From Armatimonadota bacterium (lineage in GTDB: Bacteria > Armatimonadota > HRBIN16), in contig OY781964.1 in assembly GCA_963677485.1 (NCBI GenBank), positions 2,848,001 through 2,912,000 of the forward strand: 64,000 bases of DNA, in the 5' to 3' direction. The translations under genes and the position numbers were made by a program. Under the pieces are notes generated by a model. That model searched no databases and was not told the DNA's origin. It worked only from the letters and a program-made list of their open reading frames with translations. Every line of letters starts with the position of its first letter. Position 1 is the stretch's first letter. This document shows positions 8,234 to 17,596 of this stretch, in pieces.

Positions 8234-9481
8234 TTACGCCCCGTATTTTTCTTGGACGTTCATCAGGCTGGTCAGCATATTTACCAGGTGTTTTCCGCTG
8301 AACCGGCACAGGCCGCCCTTCTGAGCTGGGCGTTCGCCGAACGTCTGAACATCGTCCGTGAGCACTTCTGGGCCGTAGAGCACGATCGGCACTGGCTCGC
8401 CGGTATGGTCGCCATAGCTGCAGGAGGTGGTGTGGTCGGCGGTGACGGCAAGATAGGTCTGGTCACCCATCTTCGCGATCAGCATGCCCACCATCTCATC
8501 GATCTTCTCAATGATCGCCACTTTGGCTACAGGGTTCCCATCGTGTGCGGCGACATCCGGCCCTTTGACGTTGCACAGCACGAAATCGTGTGTCTCCAGA
8601 GCCTTCAGCACCGTGTTGCCCATAGACATCACATCGCTGTCCAAGCCGCCGGTGGCACCAGGGGCGTCCAGAAGGTCTAGTCCCACGAAGTCTGCAATAC
8701 CCTTGATCAAGCCTGTTTCGGCCACGCAGGCACCATGCAGCAGGTTCTTCTCGTTGAAGCTGGGGATATTCGGAGCCTGTCCTGCGCCACGGGGAAGGAT
8801 GATGTTGGCAGGGTTGAGCCCTTGTTGCTTGCGCGCCACATTCACAGGATGCACATCCAGCTTCTCGTAGCTCAATTTGATGAAGGCGTTCAGAATGCGT
8901 GCGGTCTTTTCGCCAGCAGCATCACCTGCGGTGATGGCCTTGACTTCAAGCACTTTTTCGCCGGTGACATGAGGGTCGCTGTCGGTGACGAGTGCGTTCA
9001 GGCCTGGCCCACGCAGCACGAGTGCGCAGCGATGAGCGACGCTCTCTTTAAAGAGGATCTTCGCATCTTCGATCATCACGCCATTGACCTGGGCGGCTAG
9101 TTGGTCCGTACCCTCTTCGATGCGTCCGGCCCGTCGGTCGGTGATCATCATATCGGCTTCCACGGTGCTGAAGTTGCAGCGGAAGGCCACATCGCCGGGC
9201 TTCACGCTGAGCCCGATGCCAGCCGCCTCGAAAGGTCCGCGGCCTGTGTAGACCACATAAGGGTCAAATCCAAGAACAGCCAGGTGGCCGGTGTCGGAGC
9301 CGACGCGCACACCTGGTGCGATGAGGTCCATCAGGCCATTGATGCCCTTAGAGGCCATGGCGTCCAGGTTGGGGGTTTTGGCGGCTTCGAGGGGCGTCTT
9401 GCCTCCCAGCTCTGGGCAGGGGCGGTCACCCATACCATCGCCGATGAGGATGACGGCCTTGCGATTACTATTTGCAGACAT
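8234..9481 (-). CDS. apgM: 2,3-bisphosphoglycerate-independent phosphoglycerate mutase (ApgM type)
   Basis: DGMGD...KTPLEAA, GSDTGHL, GRGPFEAAG, AFRCNF, DRRAGRI and TADH motifs. Confidence 0.93.
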   Translation of the reverse strand: MSANSNRKAVILIGDGMGDRPCPELGGKTPLEAAKTPNLDAMASKGINGLMDLIAPGVRVGSDTGHLAVLGFDPYVVYTGRGPFEAAGIGLSVKPGDVAFRCNFSTVEADMMITDRRAGRIEEGTDQLAAQVNGVMIEDAKILFKESVAHRCALVLRGPGLNALVTDSDPHVTGEKVLEVKAITAGDAAGEKTARILNAFIKLSYEKLDVHPVNVARKQQGLNPANIILPRGAGQAPNIPSFNEKNLLHGACVAETGLIKGIADFVGLDLLDAPGATGGLDSDVMSMGNTVLKALETHDFVLCNVKGPDVAAHDGNPVAKVAIIEKIDEMVGMLIAKMGDQTYLAVTADHTTSCSYGDHTGEPVPIVLYGPEVLTDDVQTFGERPAQKGGLCRFSGKHLVNMLTSLMNVQEKYGA

Positions 9482-9667
9482 TTTGTGCTCCTTAAGGTGT
9501 TGCGGCGTACCGCGCGTGAAATTGCTTCAATAACATATTACCTTATGGGGAGGGGCTGGGAACCGCAGTCGGTGCTCTATTGAGATGTGCTGGCCCTCTG
9601 ACAATCCCGCAAGCGAAGGTAAAATGTATTGTGCCCGCAATACGAGGGAGCACAGTAAGGAAGCTTT

Positions 9668-10315
9668 ATGGCAAAAATCGTGCTAGTATATAGCGGCGGG
9701 ATGGATAGCACGGTGTTGCTGCATGAATACCGCGATGAGATCGCACTTGCGTTGTCGTTCGATTATGGCGCGAAACACAACGCGCAGGAAAGCCGCATGG
9801 CAGAGTCGAACTGCAACCGACTGGGCATACCTCGGCGGGTCATATCGTTGGACTTCATGAAGCTGTTCCACAGCTCGCTGACCACCGATTCGCTGGCGGT
9901 TCCCGAGGGGCATTACACCGACGAGTCGATGCGCAACACTGTGGTGCCCTTCCGTAACGGCATCATGCTGGCAATCGCCGCAGGGATAGCTGAGGATATG
10001 AACTGCTCCGCGGTTGGAATCGCCAACCACGCCGGAGACCACGCCATCTACCCGGACTGCACCACCGCCTTCATCAACAGCATGGCCCAGGCGATCCATC
10101 ACGGCACCTACGTCGAGATCGAGCTGCTGGCACCTTATACCGAGCTTACCAAACGGCAGATTGCATTGGTTGGACAGAAGCTTGGGGTGGACTTCAGCCA
10201 GACCTGGAGCTGCTATAAGGGCGGTGAGAGGCACTGCGGCAGATGCGGTACCTGCGTGGAGCGGCGCGAAGCACTTGACGGTTTTGATCCAACACAATAT
10301 GAGGAGACGGAATAA
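9668..10315 (+). CDS. queC: 7-cyano-7-deazaguanine synthase
   Basis: [24 protein letters not shown] and CGRCGTC motifs. Confidence 0.97.
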   Translation: MAKIVLVYSGGMDSTVLLHEYRDEIALALSFDYGAKHNAQESRMAESNCNRLGIPRRVISLDFMKLFHSSLTTDSLAVPEGHYTDESMRNTVVPFRNGIMLAIAAGIAEDMNCSAVGIANHAGDHAIYPDCTTAFINSMAQAIHHGTYVEIELLAPYTELTKRQIALVGQKLGVDFSQTWSCYKGGERHCGRCGTCVERREALDGFDPTQYEETE

Positions 10316-10316
10316 A

Positions 10317-10712
10317 ATGCCATACGCAGAGGGACGCATTTACGATTTGAAGACCGAGGATGCCATCGATACGGAAGCACTGGAGGTGGTCGACTTCGAT
10401 ATGCCTCAGCAGTTGATCGAGATCGAGACGAAAGAGTTTTCGGCGGTCTGCCCCTTCTCCGGCCTGCCCGACATGGCGACGGTGCAGATTAAATACAAAC
10501 CCACTGGCGGCAAAATCATCGAACTGAAGAGCTTGAAATACTACTTCATCTCCTATCGCGATGTGGGCATCTACCAGGAGGGTGCCACCAAGCGGATATT
10601 TGAAGATATGAAGCGGGTATTGCTCACCGATGAGCTGCAGGTGGTGACCAAATACAACATCCGCGGCGGCATGGATGTGCGGTGTACTGCTGGGCACGTG
10701 AGCGAGCCGTAG
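10317..10712 (+). CDS. queF: NADPH-dependent preQ0 reductase (QueF, unimodular type)
   Basis: [13 protein letters not shown] and ELKSLKYY motifs, RGG near the C-terminus; ATG directly after the queC stop. Confidence 0.93.
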   Translation: MPYAEGRIYDLKTEDAIDTEALEVVDFDMPQQLIEIETKEFSAVCPFSGLPDMATVQIKYKPTGGKIIELKSLKYYFISYRDVGIYQEGATKRIFEDMKRVLLTDELQVVTKYNIRGGMDVRCTAGHVSEP

Positions 10713-10722
10713 GATTATAAGC

Positions 10723-11012
10723 CAGCCAACTACCGGTAATTATAGTTTGGGGTCGTACTCATCTGGTGCCGCGACATAAATGTCTCGGCTATTGGTCAGC
10801 AAGCCCGTTGAAACGGGCTGCGGAACTCCGTACCGATATTAATAACGACATTATAGACTGCTTCAGCAGTGTTGTACGTAGCCGGCCGTAGGGGCGTCCC
10901 TTGTGGGCGCCCTAAAAACCATCGAATGAACAACGATTAGGGCTGGTCGTAGGGGCGTCCCGACAGTATCAGTGATATATTGGCTCTGCATAAATATATG
11001 GGTAATTCACTG
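10723..11012. repeat. Degenerate family-A MITE interrupted by GTAG REP arms
   Basis: CCGCGACATAAATGTCTCGGCTATTG...AGACTGCTTCAGCAGT as at 5.7 kb; REP arms at 10888-10912 and 10949-10961. Confidence 0.7.
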
Positions 11013-11053
11013 GGTATTTAATTACGGATCCGTCCAATTCTTATAAACTAACC

Positions 11054-12244
11054 CTACCGCCCTGCCTTCCCAAAACACTCTAAAGCAGCCTGGTGGAATG
11101 GTATGGTTAATGGTGAACTATCGGTCATGTTCCCAACCTGAACCATGAACACGTATATCAACTCGTTCTCCGGGTCGATATACATATCGGTGCGGAAAGC
11201 TCCGCTGTGAGCGTATGGCTTTCTGCTTAGCGGATCACCGCTGACGAAGTATTGCCCCGTGTTCCAGCCAAGCCCGTAGCCGGTTTCTGCCACACCATCG
11301 TTCAAAAGATGGCCGGTCGTGGTGGTGGTTGCCTGCCCTACTGCCTGCTCCGACAGTACGCGCACGCCCTTGTACACACCACCGTTTTACAGCATCTGAC
11401 AGTATTTCGCGATATCTTTCGCATCCGACAATAGCCCGCCTGCTGCAAAAGGTATCCGGTTTCGGTCAGTGAGCGGGAATGTGACAGGAAATGGCGTTTC
11501 CTCTAACTCGGTGCCCGCCTGGTTTGGGGTGTAGAGTTTGGCAAGTCGGCTTACCTGTGCTGCGGTCGGAATGAAGCGGGTTTGACTCATACCCAGCGGT
11601 TTCAGCAGGCGCTTTGTCAGGAACTCGCCGTTACTCATACCTGTCACCACTTCGATGATACGGCCAGCCGTTTCGTAGCCGCAGTTGCCGTAGGAGAACT
11701 GGCTTCCAGGTTCAAACTGCAGTGGGGTCATGGCTGCAGCCAGTACTCGCTGGTATTGCGAGGGGGTATCTACAAGCGGTGTGTATGGGTAGTTAGTCAA
11801 CAGGCCGCTAGTATGGTTGAGTGCCTGCAAAATAGTGATGGGTGCCTTCGGCTTTCGCAGCAGTTTATGCTCGTCGTCACCTTCCACCAGCACCATCTGC
11901 CCCTTGAACTCCAGAAGGTACTTCTCTACAGGGTCATCAAGCTTTAGCTTGCCTTCATCAACGAGCATCATGATGGCTGTGCCAGTCATCGCTTTGGTCA
12001 TGCTGGCAATAACGAACATCGTGTCTGCTTTCATTGGACGCTTGGTCTCAAGGTCTGCATACCCGACGGATTCAATGGCCAGAACCTTCTGCTTGTTGGC
12101 CACGAGCATCACCGCACCGGCAATCTGATGTTTGTCAATCGCGGGCTGAATGGATCTGGCCAGCATACCCGGCTGGTACGGTGATGCGATGCTTGCGGCG
12201 TTACATCCAAATAGCAGGATCGCTAAGATCAGGGCGATAAGCAC
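11054..12244 (-). pseudogene. Serine hydrolase (beta-lactamase-related) interrupted by an in-frame stop
   Basis: SMTK (SxxK), FSYGN and HSG motifs; reads C-Q-M-L-TAA(11389-11387)-N-G-G-V-Y-K in a single frame. Confidence 0.8.
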
Positions 12245-12292
12245 AGCAGAGTTCTCCTTGGTTCAATTCGGGTATCTATTAAGATCCGATGA

Positions 12293-15157
12293 TCAGATTG
12301 ATGTTCCGCTGTGCTGAGACCGTCCCAGCAGCCTCTTCAGATACCGGCCCGTGTGGCTGGCCTCGCAGGCGGCGACCTGCTCAGGCGTGCCCTCTACCAC
12401 CACGGAACCGCCATCGCGGCCGCCCTCAGGGCCCATGTCGATTATCCAGTCTGCGCACTTGATGACGTCCAGATTGTGCTCAATAATGAGCACACTGTTA
12501 CCGGTATCGACCAGCCGCTGCAGAACGCCCAGCAGCTTCTCGATGTCCGCGAAGTGAAGGCCGGTGGTGGGCTCATCCAAAATGTAGATGGTGCGCCCGG
12601 TGGCGCGCCGGCTGAGCTCGGTCGAGAGCTTCACGCGCTGCGCCTCTCCGCCAGAGAGCTGCGTGGCGGGCTGTCCCAGCCGGACGTAATCCAGACCAAC
12701 ATCGTGGATTGTCTGCAGCCTGCGATATATCCTGGGCACCGCTTTGAAAAACTCCAAAGCCTCCGACACCGTCATCTCCAGCACCTGGGCGATGGATTTA
12801 CCCTTGAACTTCACTTCCAGTGTCTCACGGTTATAACGCTGGCCTTTGCATACCTCGCAGGGCACATACACATCGGGCATGAACTGCATCTCGATTTTGA
12901 TGATGCCGTCACCCTTGCACGCCTCACACCGGCCGCCCTTCACATTGAAGCTGAATCGCCCGGATGTGTAACCGCGCATCTTGGCATCCTGCGTCTCGGA
13001 AAAGAGGGTTCGGATGTGGTCAAACACACCGGTGTAGGTGGCCGGGTTCGAGCGTGGCGTTCGTCCGATGGGGGACTGGTCGATATCCACCACCTTGTCC
13101 AGATACTCCATGCCCTCCACGCCGTCATGCAGCCCCCAGCGGGGATGGGCGTTGTGGATGTGGTGCTGCAGCCTTGGGTATAGGGTTTCCTGCACCAGGG
13201 TGGACTTGCCGGAGCCGGACACGCCGGTCACGCAGGTTAGCACACCCAGCGGGAAGTTGACCGTGATGTTCTTTAGATTATTCTGCCGGGCTCCCTTGAT
13301 GGTGACCATCCGGCCATCGCATTGCCGGCGCTCTGACGGCACCGCGATGCGGCGCGTTCCGCTGAGAAACTGGCCGGTGATGCTCAGCGGATCGTCCACA
13401 ATATGCTGAGGGATGCCTTCGGAGACTATCATGCCGCCGTGCTCCCCGGCACCAGGGCCGACGTCAATCAGCCAGTCGGCGGCCATCATCGTCTCTTCAT
13501 CATGCTCCACTACGATAATCGTGTTGCCGATGTCGCGAAGGTGGGTGAGTGTTTTGATGAGCTGCCCATTATCGCGCTGATGCAGTCCGATGCTGGGTTC
13601 GTCAAGGATATACAGCACGCCCATCAGTCCCGAGCCAATCTGCGAAGCCAGTCGGATGCGCTGCGCCTCACCGCCGGCGAGTGTGCCGGCAGAGCGGTCC
13701 AGCGTGAGGTAGCTCAAGCCCACATTCTTCAGGAAGCTCAGCCGGTTGTGTATCTCTTTGATCAACTGCCGGGCGATAGTGTTCTGGCGATCGGTCAGTT
13801 TAGGCGTGAGTTGAGAGAAGAAGTCGACGGCTTCCTCGACGCTCATGCACACGATCTCGCTGATGTTGTGCTCATCAATGTGGACCGCCAGGAACTCGTC
13901 CTTCAGCCTCTTGCCCTGGCACTTCACGCAAGGCTTTGCCGAGAGATAGCGGTTGAGTGCCTCTTTGATGCGGTCACTGTCGGTTTCGTCCAGGTGACGC
14001 TGCAGGATGGTGCAGACACCTTCCCAATGGGTATCGAAATAGTGAGTGCGCCCCCAGCGGTTCTTCACGCTGACCGAGACGTGGTCGGGCATACCCCTCA
14101 TGATGATGGCCTGGTGCTCGGGCGATAGCTCCTCGTATGGGGTTTTGATGGAAAAGCCGTGCTGCTTTGCCACGGTGCTCAATACGCGTTCGTAGTTGCC
14201 TTGAAGTTCGCCTTTGGCATTGGTCAGTGCTTCGATGGCACCATTGGCGATGCTCAGCTTGGGATTCGGTACGATCAGGTCGGGGTCAAACTCGAAGTGA
14301 AAGCCCAGTCCCGCGCAATCGGGACAGGCACCGAAGGGGCTGTTAAACGAAAAACTGCGGGGTTCGATTTCCGGCAGGCTGATGCCGCAGTCCGCGCAGG
14401 CGAATTTGTCGCTGAAGATGCGTTCGCCCTGCTCCATCAGATCGGCGATGACGCTGCCCTGCGCGATGCGCATGGCCGTCTCCACCGAGTCGGACAGCCG
14501 GCGCTCAATGCCCTCCTTGACCACCAAACGGTCCAGCACCAGGTCGATATTGTGCGCTTTATACCTGTCGAGTGCGGGGATATCATCGGTGGTGAGGTCT
14601 ACCAGCTCACCATCGATCCGCAGGCGGGTGTAGCCGTTGCGTCGGGCTTCCTCAATCTCCTTGCGGTATTCGCCCTTGCGTCCTTTGATCAGGGGGGCGA
14701 GTATCTGCATACGGGTGCCGACGGGCAGCGCGCTGAGGGTATCCGTGATCTGCTCCACCGTTTGTGCGGCGATCACCTTACCGCACTGGGGGCAGTGCGG
14801 GGTGCCGATGCGGGCATACAGAAGCCGCAGGTAGTCGTATATCTCGGTGACCGTGGCCACCGTGGAGCGCGGGTTACGGTTGGTGGACTTCTGGTCGATA
14901 CTCACCGCAGGGGAGAGGCCAATGATATCATCCACGTCCGGCTTATCCATCTGCCCCAGGAACATGCGGGCGTAAGAGCTGAGGCTTTCCATGTAGCGGC
15001 GCTGACCCTCCGCGTAGATGGTGTCAAACGCCAGGCTGGACTTGCCGGAGCCGGAGAGTCCTGTGATGACCACCAGCTTATCGCGCGGTATCTTAACGTC
15101 GATATTTTTCAGGTTATGTTGGCGTGCTCCACGCACCTCGATGAATTCTTGCGGCAT
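12293..15157 (-). CDS. uvrA: Excinuclease ABC subunit A
   Basis: GARQHNLKN start, two Walker A motifs ([18 protein letters not shown]), zinc fingers, LSGGEAQR. Confidence 0.99.
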   Translation of the reverse strand: MPQEFIEVRGARQHNLKNIDVKIPRDKLVVITGLSGSGKSSLAFDTIYAEGQRRYMESLSSYARMFLGQMDKPDVDDIIGLSPAVSIDQKSTNRNPRSTVATVTEIYDYLRLLYARIGTPHCPQCGKVIAAQTVEQITDTLSALPVGTRMQILAPLIKGRKGEYRKEIEEARRNGYTRLRIDGELVDLTTDDIPALDRYKAHNIDLVLDRLVVKEGIERRLSDSVETAMRIAQGSVIADLMEQGERIFSDKFACADCGISLPEIEPRSFSFNSPFGACPDCAGLGFHFEFDPDLIVPNPKLSIANGAIEALTNAKGELQGNYERVLSTVAKQHGFSIKTPYEELSPEHQAIIMRGMPDHVSVSVKNRWGRTHYFDTHWEGVCTILQRHLDETDSDRIKEALNRYLSAKPCVKCQGKRLKDEFLAVHIDEHNISEIVCMSVEEAVDFFSQLTPKLTDRQNTIARQLIKEIHNRLSFLKNVGLSYLTLDRSAGTLAGGEAQRIRLASQIGSGLMGVLYILDEPSIGLHQRDNGQLIKTLTHLRDIGNTIIVVEHDEETMMAADWLIDVGPGAGEHGGMIVSEGIPQHIVDDPLSITGQFLSGTRRIAVPSERRQCDGRMVTIKGARQNNLKNITVNFPLGVLTCVTGVSGSGKSTLVQETLYPRLQHHIHNAHPRWGLHDGVEGMEYLDKVVDIDQSPIGRTPRSNPATYTGVFDHIRTLFSETQDAKMRGYTSGRFSFNVKGGRCEACKGDGIIKIEMQFMPDVYVPCEVCKGQRYNRETLEVKFKGKSIAQVLEMTVSEALEFFKAVPRIYRRLQTIHDVGLDYVRLGQPATQLSGGEAQRVKLSTELSRRATGRTIYILDEPTTGLHFADIEKLLGVLQRLVDTGNSVLIIEHNLDVIKCADWIIDMGPEGGRDGGSVVVEGTPEQVAACEASHTGRYLKRLLGRSQHSGTSI

Positions 15158-15234
15158 AGTTCACCATTTATATGTGTATTTATGTCTATATTCTAAGCCA
15201 TTCGGGGGCGGGAAGCAAGGGAGGGCGGTGAATG

Positions 15235-15784
15235 TCTCACGCGAAGACGCGAAGGCGCGAAGGGTGGTACGGTATGCGGGTCAGCTTGGCCATGTCCTAC
15301 TCGTCCACCTCATCCTACCCGTCCTGTGGGGTTCATTTTAACCGCGAATGAACGCGAATGAACGCGAATGGGAACTGGAGCGTTGCGCATAGACGCGAAG
15401 GGGACGGAGAATCGCGATTGCCTATGTCCGGGGCGGTCTTTCAGAGGGATTGCGGCTGCAGATGGCAATAGACCGCGCCGGTCTTGATTCAGGGCGACAA
15501 TCTGTTGTCCCAGAAGGCTCCCAACGCAACGGCGCAAGGGACGGCGAACCGTAGGGGCAGGCCCCCGTGCCTGCCCTGTTTCGGCAGGTGGCAAACCGTA
15601 GGGGCATGGCGTGCCGTGCCCAAACGTCGCCGTGCCCAAACCCCACCATGTGCACACGAAAATGCGGGAACGCCATGGGGGCACGGCACGCCATGCCCCT
15701 ACGTGCGCGTCGTCGTCACCCCGCCCCAGGGCGCGGAAACCGCGCCCCTACACGTCGATTCCAGGCGGTCGGGAAACCCGCCCC
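15235..15784. repeat. Mosaic cluster of REP-like palindromes and 9-nt-period modules
   Basis: CGCGAAGACGCGAAG, GTCCTACTCGTCC, (CGCGAATGAA)n, TCCGGGGCGGTCT..AGACCGCGCCGG and GTAGGGGCATGGCGTGCCGTGCCC / GGGCACGGCACGCCATGCCCCTAC. Confidence 0.8.
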
Positions 15785-15800
15785 CTAGTACGCTATATAT

Positions 15801-15999
15801 GGTGAGCTCCCCGGACACCAAAAGCAGTCGGGGAGCTAATCTCACCCCTTAGCTGGGGGTGAAGGAGAAGGATTGGATGCCGGAACCGCCCCTGGTGGAA
15901 AACACCGTGACGTAGATAGGCATCCTTCTCCCAATCAACCCATATCGAACAGTATCTTGGGAGAAAACCCCGTGTTCGCTAGGCTGATTTGGTTGATTG
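15801..15999 (+). ncRNA. Predicted IS110 bridge RNA
   Basis: 5' hairpin followed by two internal-loop stems; target loop carries ACCGCCCCT (15885-15893) and GACGTAG (15909-15915); donor loop carries ACAGTATCT (15949-15957, identical to IS right end 17590-17598) and CTAG (15979-15982); RNA ends approximate. Confidence 0.82.
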
Positions 16000-16032
16000 C
16001 ACCATCAATCACTACCAACTGGAGATTACCAC

Positions 16033-17325
16033 ATGCACGAAGTTGAAGACAAAATCTACATCCATTATGTCGGGATCGACATCTCGAAATTGACGTTTGA
16101 CGCGTCTGTATTAGGTTCATCGCACAAGCCGATAGACCATAAGGAGTTCAAGAACAACAAGGCCGGATACAAGGAGTTGTTGTCATGGGTGAAGAAGCTT
16201 ACCCGAACTCCCGCCTTGTATGCGGCTGAAGCCACCGGGCCTTACAGCCGACCGCTGCTTGATTACCTCTACGAGCACCAGCACGATGCTGTCCAACTGG
16301 AGCCAAAACGGGTTCTCTATCACCGCAAAGCCAAAGGCTGGGAACAAAAGACGGACTGCTCTGACAGCGTGCTAATCGCTGACTATGTGAAAAGTCACAA
16401 TGTCTCACTCTATGTCCCTCGTCTAGCATGCTATGATGCGCTTATTGGTTACACCAATGACCGCCGTATGCTGGTGCAACACAGACAGGCGATCGCCCAG
16501 CGCCAAAGCTGTCGGCTTACGCGGAGCACAGTGCTGGACGAGATGATCGCTTTTCATGACATGGGCATCAAAAAGCTTGATGTTCAGATCAAAGAGCTTG
16601 TGATGAGTTCACCGCAGATGACCGAAGATATGGCTCTGCTGAAGAGCATTCCGGGTATCGGCGACGTCACAGCAAGCTATTTCCTTGCGAAAATCGGTGA
16701 TGCTAAACGATTTGAAACATCGAAAGCGGTCGCGCGCTATTTCGGAATGAACCCCTGCCCGCAACGGTCAGGAAGCTGCAAGACATACGACGGCTCCATA
16801 TCCAAGATGGGTGACCGATATATGCGGACATTACTCTACTGTGGATCGAGCACTGTGGTGAAGATGGTCAACGGTAAGTCGAAAAAGCTTGGCCAGAGCA
16901 TGCACGACTTCGTGAAGGAACTGCAGCATCCGAATTTGGTAAAGAATCCCAATAAGAAACCGAAGTCCAAGCGAGTTGTCCGGTGCGCAATCATGCGCAA
17001 GCAGCTGGTGCTCATGTGGTCGGTATTAATCAGCCGTCAGCCATATGATCCAAACTTCGGCATCGAACAAGCTTCAAATGCGGCCAACCAGCAACCGCTG
17101 ACCGACGCGAACGGACATGTCCAGGATCGTGCCGGAGCGGCCCATGATATAGCCGGTGTAGGCAATGATCCTGGGCTGGACGTGAGCGTTCCAAGACGGG
17201 GATGCGTGGATGGAAATCCCACCAATGAGCCCACTCCTGCCGGCGGTGGTCGGCCCGCATCCCGAAACCGGCCATCGCGCAGTCGGGTGGGCAACAAACC
17301 GAGGGTTCTGACACCAGTATCCTAG
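16033..17325 (+). CDS. IS110 DEDD recombinase/transposase
   Basis: VGIDISK, AEATG and KTDCSD (DEDD RuvC-like domain); SIPGIG; RSG catalytic-Ser region; SISKMG; GGAG RBS at 16021; ~90-aa low-complexity tail. Confidence 0.95.
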   Translation: MHEVEDKIYIHYVGIDISKLTFDASVLGSSHKPIDHKEFKNNKAGYKELLSWVKKLTRTPALYAAEATGPYSRPLLDYLYEHQHDAVQLEPKRVLYHRKAKGWEQKTDCSDSVLIADYVKSHNVSLYVPRLACYDALIGYTNDRRMLVQHRQAIAQRQSCRLTRSTVLDEMIAFHDMGIKKLDVQIKELVMSSPQMTEDMALLKSIPGIGDVTASYFLAKIGDAKRFETSKAVARYFGMNPCPQRSGSCKTYDGSISKMGDRYMRTLLYCGSSTVVKMVNGKSKKLGQSMHDFVKELQHPNLVKNPNKKPKSKRVVRCAIMRKQLVLMWSVLISRQPYDPNFGIEQASNAANQQPLTDANGHVQDRAGAAHDIAGVGNDPGLDVSVPRRGCVDGNPTNEPTPAGGGRPASRNRPSRSRVGNKPRVLTPVS

Positions 17326-17596
17326 CTGCGGCAGTCTGCCGATAGCACGCATCGAAGCATAACGATATCTTTCGAAGCCACGAAGATGTCGCACGTCCGT
17401 TCGCGACTCCGAGCGTCATGTGAGGTGCTACGGACCAACTGATGCCATCTGAGCCTGTTTCTGTCGCGGATCCAGGTTTGGTCTATATGCCACAAACATC
17501 ACATTAACGTTATTCTACGTGGTCTAGAGCCAGTGTCTGATATTCAGGTCCAAATCCCCAGATTTGCCCCTGGGGACTTGACAAAAGCCACAGTAT

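Noticed and set aside
9590-9667. preQ1 riboswitch upstream of queC-queF
   Set aside because: Only a weak hairpin is present; I could not find the preQ1-I stem, loop and A-rich tail pattern (an Rfam scan would settle it)
10963-10970. ACAGTATC next to a REP as an IS110 right-end scar
   Set aside because: Only 8 nt, lacks the complete CT core and the upstream TTGACA; plausibly chance
15310-15852. Small ORFs within repeat clusters (also 21.2-21.7, 42.0-42.4, 43.6-43.9 and 47.8-48.4 kb)
   Set aside because: They are translations of palindromic repeats with no RBS or protein-like features
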